Assembly: GCA_051887995.1 (NCBI GenBank)
Contig: JBJFAQ010000066.1
Location: forward strand, 1 to 28,108
From: Eubacteriales bacterium
GTDB lineage: Bacteria > Bacillota > Clostridia > Oscillospirales > CAG-272
Direction of reading: 5' to 3'
DNA: 28,108 nt
Made by a program: the position numbers and the translations under genes. Position 1 is the stretch's first letter, and each line of letters starts with the position of its first letter. Shown here piece after piece: positions 17,944-25,067 of the stretch. The notes beneath the pieces are model-generated. The model worked only from the letters and a program-made list of their open reading frames with translations. It did not search any database and was not told the origin of the DNA.

Positions 17944-17976
17944 TGACAGCCCTCCGATATAAAAAAATTTAGTCCC

Positions 17977-18005
17977 ATTATAGTATATTTGGCTTTTTTT
18001 GTCAA
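17977..18005 (-). promoter_or_regulatory. Consensus sigmaA promoter of the PTS IIC gene
   Basis: TTGACA (18000-18005), 17-nt spacer, TATAAT (17977-17982). Confidence 0.85.
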
Positions 18006-18020
18006 GAAAAAACAAACTTT

Positions 18021-18072
18021 TCGGAAAAAATTTCCGACCTGTATTTACTTTTTCATAATTCAGTGATAAAAT
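18021..18072 (+). promoter_or_regulatory. galT promoter with an upstream operator-like palindrome
   Basis: TCGGAAA-AAA-TTTCCGA (18021-18037). TTTACT (18044-18049), 17-nt spacer, extended -10 TGaTAAAAT (hexamer 18067-18072). Confidence 0.55.
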
Positions 18073-18104
18073 ATATGGGAATTTGGTTTTTTGGAGAAAA
18101 TAAA

Positions 18105-19631
18105 ATGAACGTTTCCGTTTTAGTAAAAAGACTTGTAAATTATGCCGTGCGCTATCGTCTTATCGAAGAAGACGACCAGATTTTTGCGACAAATTCACTT
18201 CTCGATATGCTCGGCGTCTCGGATTATGACGATCCCGACGTTCCGCCGTCTGCCGAGAATGTCCCCCCCGAGGACGAGCTTGACGAAATTCTCGGAGGAC
18301 TATGTGACATAGCTTATGAAAACGGGATAATTGCCGAAAACACCGTCGTTTACCGCGACCTGTTTGACACAAAGCTGATGGGAGTGCTCACGCCGCGCCC
18401 AAGCGAGGTAATAAGCCGCTTCAGAAAACTGCATAAGGAGTCCCCCGAGAGGGCGACAGACTTTTTTTACGACCTCTGCCGCAAAAACAATTATATCCGT
18501 GTCGGCAGAGTCAAGCGGGACCTTCGCTGGACAGTGCCGTCTGAGTACGGCGACATCGACATCTCGATAAATCTTTCAAAGCCCGAAAAAGACCCGAAAG
18601 CAATCGCCGCTGCAAAGCTCCTGCCGCAGTCGGGGTATCCGAAATGCCTGCTCTGCCCCGAAAACGAGGGCTATGCCGGCAGAGTAAATCACCCGGCGCG
18701 TCAGAATATCCGCCTTATCCCTCTCACAATCGACGGCTGCGACTGGTTTATGCAATATTCCCCTTACGTTTACTACAACGAGCACTGCATTGCGCTGAAC
18801 AAAGCCCATACCCCCATGCTGATAAACCGCTCCAGCTTCGCAAAGCTGCTTGATTTTGTGGACTATCTGCCCCACTATTTCATAGGCTCGAACGCAGACC
18901 TTCCGATTGTCGGCGGCTCTATTCTCAGTCACGACCATATGCAGGGAGGGCGCTACACCTTCGCTATGGAAAAGGCGGAGACGGAAACTCCCCTCACCTT
19001 TGATGGCTATGAAAACGTCGAGGGCGGCATCGTAAAATGGCCGATGTCGGTCATCCGCCTGCGCTCGGACGAAAAAGCGCCTCTTGTCAGCCTTGCGGAT
19101 AAAATTCTTTCGGCATGGAGAGCATACAGCGATAAAGACGCATTTGTTTTCGCCGAGACAGACGGCGAGCCGCACAATACGATAACCCCAATAGCCCGCC
19201 GCCGAGGCAAGCAGTTTGAGCTTGATTTGGTTCTGCGCAACAACATAACAACAGAGGAGCACCCGCTCGGAGTTTTCCACCCCCATGCGGATAAGCACAA
19301 CATCAAAAAGGAAAATATCGGGCTTATCGAGGTCATGGGACTTGCCGTGCTTCCGGCGCGCCTGAAGCACGAGATGGAGCTGCTCGCAGACGCTTTGGTC
19401 TGCGGAAAGAATATTTCCGCATCTGATGACACGGCAAAACACCTTGAATGGCTTCGCTCATTTGAGAAAAACTATACGTTCACAAAAGAAAACGCCATCG
19501 ACATTCTGCACCTTGAGATAGGCAAAACCTTTGTCCGCGTCCTTGAGGACGCAGGCGTGTACAAGCGCACAAAAGAGGGCAAAAAAGCCTTCCTTCGCTT
19601 TATGCACAGCGTCGGAGCATTGGAAAAATAA
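18105..19631 (+). CDS. galT: Galactose-1-phosphate uridylyltransferase, Firmicute (type II) form
   Basis: INLSKPEKDPKAIAAA, YPKCLLCPENEGY, QYSPYVYYNEHCI, GSNADLPIVGGSILSHDHMQGG, FHPH and KKENIGLIEVMGLAVLP. Start placed at ATG 18105 after GGAG. Confidence 0.96.
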   Translation: MNVSVLVKRLVNYAVRYRLIEEDDQIFATNSLLDMLGVSDYDDPDVPPSAENVPPEDELDEILGGLCDIAYENGIIAENTVVYRDLFDTKLMGVLTPRPSEVISRFRKLHKESPERATDFFYDLCRKNNYIRVGRVKRDLRWTVPSEYGDIDISINLSKPEKDPKAIAAAKLLPQSGYPKCLLCPENEGYAGRVNHPARQNIRLIPLTIDGCDWFMQYSPYVYYNEHCIALNKAHTPMLINRSSFAKLLDFVDYLPHYFIGSNADLPIVGGSILSHDHMQGGRYTFAMEKAETETPLTFDGYENVEGGIVKWPMSVIRLRSDEKAPLVSLADKILSAWRAYSDKDAFVFAETDGEPHNTITPIARRRGKQFELDLVLRNNITTEEHPLGVFHPHADKHNIKKENIGLIEVMGLAVLPARLKHEMELLADALVCGKNISASDDTAKHLEWLRSFEKNYTFTKENAIDILHLEIGKTFVRVLEDAGVYKRTKEGKKAFLRFMHSVGALEK

Positions 19632-19672
19632 AGAAAACCGCCGTCATGCCAAGGCATGACGGCGGTTTTCTT
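19631..19672. terminator. Bidirectional rho-independent terminator
   Basis: AAGAAAACCGCCGTCATGCC / GGCATGACGGCGGTTTTCTT, a perfect 20-bp inverted repeat between the galT and icd stop codons. Confidence 0.93.
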
Positions 19673-19674
19673 TG

Positions 19675-20823
19675 TCAGAGCGACGCGAGCGTTTTTCTTA
19701 CGTATTCGCCGAACTGTCGGCAGGTCGCACCATCGCGGGTGCCGGTCACGACGACCTTTTTTTCCTTTTCACAGCAGATATCGAGTGCGGCGGCGAGCTT
19801 ATCCGCCTTTTCCGCACGCGCAATATGCCGAAGCATCATTTCGGCGGCGCGGAGAATGCTCGAAGGGTTCGCATAGTCGCCGAGTCCCTCCTCTATCATG
19901 CGAGGAGCCGAGCCGTGGATAGCCTCGAACATGGCATAGCGGTCGCCCGTGTTTGCACTTCCCGCCGTGCCGACGCCTCCTTGAATCTGAGCCGCCTCGT
20001 CCGTGATAATGTCGCCGTAAAGATTCGGCAAAAGAAAGACCTCAAAGCGGCTACGGATATCCTCGTTCACAAGGTTTGCCGCCATAATGTCTATATACCA
20101 GTCCTCCGCCGTGATTCCGGGGTATTCATTTGCCACCTCATGGCAGATAGCGGAGAAGTTTCCGTCGGTCTTTTTCATTATGTTCGCTTTTGTGACTATG
20201 GCAACGTTCTTTTTTCCGTTGTTTTTCGCGTATTCAAACGCCGCGCGCGCAATGCGGCGCGTGCCGGATTTTGTCGTCACCTTGAAATCCATCGAGAGCT
20301 TGTCAGGAATCTCAACGCCGCGGCTTCCGAGGACGTATTCTCCCTCCGTGTTCTCGCGGAAGAATATCCAGTCGATGTTCTTCTCGGGCACGCTTACCGG
20401 ACGCACGTTTGCAAAAAGGTCAAGCTCGCGCCTGAGCGCGACGTTCGCACTCTCAAGCGTGCCTCCTTTCGGAGTTGTTGTCGGTCCTTTAAGGAAAACG
20501 TCGCACTTTTTGATGGCGTCAAGCGTTGCGGACGGCACTGCTCTGCCTTCAGCCATGCGGTTTTCAAGCGTAAGTCCCGGGATTTCGGAAAATACGACCG
20601 TTCCGTTTTTGATTTCGTCCGAAAGCAGCTCTTCAAGCACAAGCCTTGCCTCGTTTACGATGACAGGACCTATTCCGTCTCCGCCGCAAATGCCTATCGT
20701 GACCTTTTCGCCCGGTGCAAAATGCTTTTCCGTGCGCTCATTTTCCATTTTTTCCTCGCGCGCAAGCTGCTCGCAGAGCAGTTCTCTGAATTTTTCAACC
20801 GCGCTTTCAATATACTGTTCCAT
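19675..20823 (-). CDS. icd: Isocitrate/isopropylmalate dehydrogenase family protein, probably isocitrate dehydrogenase
   Basis: GDGIGP, KGPTTTP, ESANVALRR (isocitrate-type Ser/Asn), FRENTEGEY, KANIMK, PNLYGDIITD and FEAIHGSAP. Last gene of the citrate synthase-aconitase operon. Confidence 0.8.
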   Translation of the reverse strand: MEQYIESAVEKFRELLCEQLAREEKMENERTEKHFAPGEKVTIGICGGDGIGPVIVNEARLVLEELLSDEIKNGTVVFSEIPGLTLENRMAEGRAVPSATLDAIKKCDVFLKGPTTTPKGGTLESANVALRRELDLFANVRPVSVPEKNIDWIFFRENTEGEYVLGSRGVEIPDKLSMDFKVTTKSGTRRIARAAFEYAKNNGKKNVAIVTKANIMKKTDGNFSAICHEVANEYPGITAEDWYIDIMAANLVNEDIRSRFEVFLLPNLYGDIITDEAAQIQGGVGTAGSANTGDRYAMFEAIHGSAPRMIEEGLGDYANPSSILRAAEMMLRHIARAEKADKLAAALDICCEKEKKVVVTGTRDGATCRQFGEYVRKTLASL

Positions 20824-20878
20824 TTTTATCCCTTTGCTTTATGTATAAAAGATATTTTAGTAAGATACCGCCGAAAAT

Positions 20879-22801
20879 TCACATTTTTGTGTATTCAAGC
20901 AGTCCGCCGGCCTTTAGAATCGCCTTCTGACGCTCTGTAAAGTCACATGCGAGAGTGATTTTTTCTCCCGTCGTCTCATCGGTGAGCGTAATTTTGCCGC
21001 TGTCCATTCCCGCGTAAACGCCCGAGAGGGTAAGCCGGTCGCCCTGTGTCAGCTTGTCGTAATCCTCCGGATTTTCAAAAGTCAGAGGCATGATTCCGGC
21101 GTTTATGAGGTTTGCCGCGTGAATACGGGCAAAGCTCTTTGCGATAACGGCTCTGACTCCGAGGTAAAGCGGCACGAGCGCCGCATGCTCGCGCGACGAG
21201 CCCTGACCGTAGTTTGCTCCGCCGACAACAATGCTCTTTCCGGCTTTTTTCGCGCGTTCGGGGAAGGTGCTGTCGCACACGCTAAAGCAGAACTGCGAAA
21301 GGTGCGGAATGTTTGAGCGGTAAGGCAGTATTTTTGCGCCCGCGGGCATGATGTGGTCGGTTGTGATATTGTCTCCCACTTTAAGAGTAAGGTCTGCCGT
21401 GAGAGTGTCGAGCTGCGGGTGAGTGTCGGGGAACTTCTTTATATTCGGACCGCGGAGCACTTCAAGCGACTTTGCTTCCTCATCGGACGCAGGGGGGATA
21501 ATGGCGCTGTCGTTTATCTTGAAAGACTTCGGCAAAACTATTTCCGGCATCTTTCCGAGCAGCATGGGGTCTGTTATCTCTCCTGTCAGCGCCGCGGCAA
21601 CCGCGGTCTCGGGAGAAACGAGATAAACCTTTGCGTCGCGCGTACCGCTTCTGCCCTCAAAATTGCGGTTAAAGGTACGCAGGCTCACTCCGCCGGAGTT
21701 CGGTGAAAAGCCCATTCCGATGCACGGACCGCACGCACATTCAAGCAGGCGTGCGCCGCTTGCAATTATATCGGAAAGCGCGCCGCAGTCGGCAAGCATG
21801 GTAAGCACCTGCTTTGAGCCGGGAGAAACGGAAAGGCTGACTGACGGGTGAATGGTCTTGCCGCGCAGAAGTGCGGCGACCTTCAGCATATCAAACAAAG
21901 AGGAATTGGTGCAGGAACCGATGCAGACCTGGTCTACCTTTGTTCCTTTAAGACTGCTCACCTTTACAACGTTATCCGGCATATGCGGGCAGGCGATAAG
22001 CGGCTCAAGAGACGAAAGATCAATGTCTATCACGCGGTCATATACTGCGTCCGCGTCGCTCTCAAGCGGAACAAAGTCGCCCTCGCGTCCCTCAGAAGCA
22101 AGAAATGCTCTTGTGACCTCGTCCGACGGGAAGATAGAGGTCGTCGCGCCGACCTCGGCTCCCATGTTGGTAATTGTTGCGCGTTCGGGAACGGAAAGCG
22201 TCGAAATTCCCTCTCCGCCCCATTCTATGACAGCCCCGACTCCGCCTTTTACCGAGAGAATACGAAGCAGTTCAAGGCTGACGTCCTTTGCGGTGACAAA
22301 ATCGCGGAGCTTTCCTGTCAGATTTACCTTGAACATTTTCGGCATCGTGATGTAATACGCGCCACCGCCCATTGCAACCGCAACGTCAAGACCGCCGGCT
22401 CCGATTGCGAGCATGCCGAGACCGCCGCCCGTCGGGGTATGGCTGTCCGAGCCTATCATGGTCTTTCCCGGTATGCCGAAGCGCTCAAGATGCACCTGAT
22501 GGCAGATGCCGTTGCCGGGACGTGAGAAATATATTCCGTGCTTTTTCGCAACGGACTGAATATATCTGTGGTCGTCTGCGTTCTCAAATCCCGACTGAAG
22601 CGTGTTATGGTCTACATAGGCCACGCTTCTTTCGGTGCGCACGCGGCATATACCCATGCTCTCGAATTCAAGGTAAGCCATTGTGCCCGTCGCGTCCTGA
22701 GTCAACGTCTGGTCGATGCGAAGCGCGATCTCCTCACCTACCCGCATCTCGCCGCTGACAAGATGCGCTTTTATTATTTTCTGCGCGATAGTAAGTCCCA
22801 G
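20879..22801 (-). CDS. Aconitate hydratase (short archaeal/clostridial type, [4Fe-4S]) with apparent CTG start codon
   Basis: QTLTQDATG, GICHQVH, GSDSHT, IGSCTNSS and ACGPCIG (Fe-S cysteines), TTDHI, GSSREHA. The frame extends 18 codons above the ORF-track Met as CTG-G-L-T-I-A-Q-K-I-I-K-A-H, the typical N-terminus. GGAGG at 22813-22817. Confidence 0.9.
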   Translation of the reverse strand: MGLTIAQKIIKAHLVSGEMRVGEEIALRIDQTLTQDATGTMAYLEFESMGICRVRTERSVAYVDHNTLQSGFENADDHRYIQSVAKKHGIYFSRPGNGICHQVHLERFGIPGKTMIGSDSHTPTGGGLGMLAIGAGGLDVAVAMGGGAYYITMPKMFKVNLTGKLRDFVTAKDVSLELLRILSVKGGVGAVIEWGGEGISTLSVPERATITNMGAEVGATTSIFPSDEVTRAFLASEGREGDFVPLESDADAVYDRVIDIDLSSLEPLIACPHMPDNVVKVSSLKGTKVDQVCIGSCTNSSLFDMLKVAALLRGKTIHPSVSLSVSPGSKQVLTMLADCGALSDIIASGARLLECACGPCIGMGFSPNSGGVSLRTFNRNFEGRSGTRDAKVYLVSPETAVAAALTGEITDPMLLGKMPEIVLPKSFKINDSAIIPPASDEEAKSLEVLRGPNIKKFPDTHPQLDTLTADLTLKVGDNITTDHIMPAGAKILPYRSNIPHLSQFCFSVCDSTFPERAKKAGKSIVVGGANYGQGSSREHAALVPLYLGVRAVIAKSFARIHAANLINAGIMPLTFENPEDYDKLTQGDRLTLSGVYAGMDSGKITLTDETTGEKITLACDFTERQKAILKAGGLLEYTKM

Positions 22802-22802
22802 T

Positions 22803-23456
22803 TCAGTTTTTTCCTCCTGCGATATGCTGTTTTGCGTTTTCTATATGAAGAAGCATTGCTTCCTCTGCCTTTTTCTCGTCGTGCGCCGCGATTGCCTCGA
22901 AAATGGCTCGGTGTTCCTTTGCGGACTGCTCGGCGCGGCTTGAATTTTCAACCGATGTGCGTCTGTATTTCTGAGCCTTTTTGTGGAGAGGCGTAAGCGT
23001 ATCCTCAAGCACCGTACTTCCGCTGAAACGGTACATAAGGCGATGGAAAGAGCCGTCAAAGCTCCTTATCTGCTCCGCATCCTTCTTTGAAACATAGTAT
23101 TCCTGAAGCTCGATAGCCTCGCGCAGCTCATCGAGCTGCTCGGGCGTGATATTTTTTGCCGCACGGGCTGCCGCAATGCCCTCGATGTGCTTCCGCACCT
23201 CCATAATGTCGAAGAAATCGTCTTTTGTCACGCCGAGAATAAGGATTCCCTTGCCCGTCATCTCGACAATATGCTCCTGCTCAAGACGACGCAGCGCTTC
23301 GCGTATCGGCGTTCTGCTGACGCCGAGGTCGGAAACAAGTCGCAGCTCCGTGAGAATCTCTCCGCGTGTGTAAACTCCGTCGAGAATCTCTTTCTCAAGC
23401 CGATCGAAAACCTGGTCGGCAAGAGATATCGTTTTGTGTTCAAGCGTTATCTTCAT
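22803..23456 (-). CDS. GntR family transcriptional regulator (FadR subfamily, FCD domain)
   Basis: wHTH LTELRLVSDLGVSRTPIREALRRLEQE. FCD motifs DGSFHRLM and KEHRAIFEAI. RBS GGAGGAGG embedded in the upstream gene. Confidence 0.95.
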   Translation of the reverse strand: MKITLEHKTISLADQVFDRLEKEILDGVYTRGEILTELRLVSDLGVSRTPIREALRRLEQEHIVEMTGKGILILGVTKDDFFDIMEVRKHIEGIAAARAAKNITPEQLDELREAIELQEYYVSKKDAEQIRSFDGSFHRLMYRFSGSTVLEDTLTPLHKKAQKYRRTSVENSSRAEQSAKEHRAIFEAIAAHDEKKAEEAMLLHIENAKQHIAGGKN

Positions 23457-24846
23457 GCTTTTCCTCCTCCGGTTTATCTCCGAACTTTCCGCCGTAAACC
23501 TTGTCTACAATCTCCTCAAGCTCCGCGTTTGAGAGCGAGGTCTGTCTGCCGCTTTCGTATTCGCGGTCTACCGCTTCTTTTACGGCGGCGACAAGAGGAC
23601 TTCTCTTATCCACCGCGTCCTCGCCCGAAAGCCGGTAATTTTCGTTCATCCAGTATGCAATTCCGGCAAGTCCGGAGGATTTGCCTATCATGACTGACGC
23701 CGCTCTTCCCAAAATCTTCTTTGTGTCGAAAATATTGTATATTTCCTCATCCTTCATAAGCCCGTCGGCGTGAATCCCGGCGCGCGTCACGTTGAAATTT
23801 TTGCCGACAAACGGCGTCATTTCCGGAATGTGATAACCTATCTCGTTTCTGAAATAATCCGCAATTTCCGTAATTACGGCAGGGTTCATTCCGTCAAGTG
23901 AGCCGCGCAGGGATGCATATTCAATGACCATTGCCTCAAGAGGAATGTTTCCGGTGCGCTCTCCTATTCCGAGCAGAGAACAGTTCACGCCGGAAGCGCC
24001 GTACAGCCATGCGGTGGAGGCGTTGGTAACCGCCTTATAGAAGTCGTTGTGACCGTGCCACTCGAGCATGCTGCTCGGCACATCGGAATAGTGCTGAAGT
24101 CCGTATATAATTCCGGGCACGCTTCGCGGCAGAGCCACCTCCGGATACGGAACGCCGTAGCCCAGGGTGTCGCAGGCGCGTATACGCACGGGAATCCCCG
24201 CGTCCTCGGACATTTTCATAAGCTCATTCACAAACGGAACTACAAAGCCGTAGAAATCTGCGCGGGTTATGTCCTCAAGATGGCATCGCGGCATAACGCC
24301 CGCTTCAAACGCGTCGGCAACTGTGGAAAGATAATAGTCCATGCATTGCTTGCGCGTCATTTTCATCTTTTTGAAGATATGATAATCGCTGCACGAAACA
24401 AGAATACCCGTCTCTCTTATGCCGAGGTCCTTTACGAGCTTGAAATCCTCCTTGCTCGCACGTATCCATGTGGTTATTTCGGGAAATTTAAGCCCCGTTT
24501 CACGGCACTTTTCGATGGCTTCCCTGTCCTTTTTGCTGTATACGAAAAATTCGGTCTGGCGAATGATACCGTACGGTCCGCCGAGCTTGGACATGAGCTT
24601 GTACAGGTCTACTATCTGCTTTACCGTATAAGGCTCGACCGACTGCTGTCCGTCGCGGAAGGAAGTATCGGTAATCCAGATATCCGTAGGCATACCGATA
24701 GGCACGCGGCGGTGGTTGAACGCGACGCGCGGAACATCCTCATAACTGTAAATATCGCGGTAAAGATTCGGCTCGGAAACATCCTGAAGCGAATATTTAT
24801 AGTTTTTTAGTTCAATTAGATTTGTGTGCGGTGAAATTTCGAGCAT
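23440..24846 (-). CDS. Re-citrate synthase (DRE-TIM metallolyase, often annotated as isopropylmalate/homocitrate synthase)
   Basis: ITDTSFRDGQQ, TWIRA, ETGILVSCSDYHIFKK, RCHLEDITRADFYGFV, WHGHNDF, GIGERTGN and TRAGIHADG. No LeuA regulatory domain. First gene of an operon with aconitase and IDH. Confidence 0.82.
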   Translation of the reverse strand: MLEISPHTNLIELKNYKYSLQDVSEPNLYRDIYSYEDVPRVAFNHRRVPIGMPTDIWITDTSFRDGQQSVEPYTVKQIVDLYKLMSKLGGPYGIIRQTEFFVYSKKDREAIEKCRETGLKFPEITTWIRASKEDFKLVKDLGIRETGILVSCSDYHIFKKMKMTRKQCMDYYLSTVADAFEAGVMPRCHLEDITRADFYGFVVPFVNELMKMSEDAGIPVRIRACDTLGYGVPYPEVALPRSVPGIIYGLQHYSDVPSSMLEWHGHNDFYKAVTNASTAWLYGASGVNCSLLGIGERTGNIPLEAMVIEYASLRGSLDGMNPAVITEIADYFRNEIGYHIPEMTPFVGKNFNVTRAGIHADGLMKDEEIYNIFDTKKILGRAASVMIGKSSGLAGIAYWMNENYRLSGEDAVDKRSPLVAAVKEAVDREYESGRQTSLSNAELEEIVDKVYGGKFGDKPEEEKHEDNA

Positions 24847-24868
24847 TAAAGAGCCTCCTTTGCATTTA

Positions 24869-24905
24869 TGTATACAATTATACGCGTATGCCTGTATTTT
24901 GTCAA
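24869..24905 (-). promoter_or_regulatory. Consensus sigmaA promoter of the citrate operon overlapped by palindromic operator candidates
   Basis: TTGACA (24900-24905), 17-nt spacer, TATAAT (24877-24882). Palindromes TGTATACA (24869-24876) and ATACGCGTAT (24880-24889). Confidence 0.8.
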
Positions 24906-24956
24906 CACTTTTCGGAAATAAATAATGACAAATTTCTTCATTATACGACGCCTTGC

Positions 24957-24985
24957 TTGCAAAAGAGAGAAAAATGTGTTATACT
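24957..24985 (+). promoter_or_regulatory. SigmaA promoter of the DUF5722-like gene
   Basis: TTGCAA (24957-24962), 17-nt spacer, extended -10 TGtTATACT (hexamer 24980-24985). Confidence 0.7.
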
Positions 24986-25067
24986 TATAAATATAGGTGC
25001 TTTAATCCGCATTTTTTTGTAAAAAATACGAAAACAAGGCAAGAAAAGCCGGCTCAGGAGGTGAAAC

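Noticed and set aside
9896-18104. Longer ORF-track starts for GH2 (9896), PTS IIC (18015) and galT (18063), and also glnA (3593)
   Set aside because: The extensions run through promoter or RBS sequence and are not protein-like. The downstream ATGs have proper RBS spacing and family-typical N-termini.
16690-20940. Long plus-strand ORFs 16690..17874 (394 aa) and 19672..20940 (422 aa), and similar ORFs elsewhere such as 12876..13913
   Set aside because: They overlap well-supported genes on the opposite strand or frame, have Arg/Ala/Ser-biased composition and show no family motifs. Typical shadow ORFs at this GC content.
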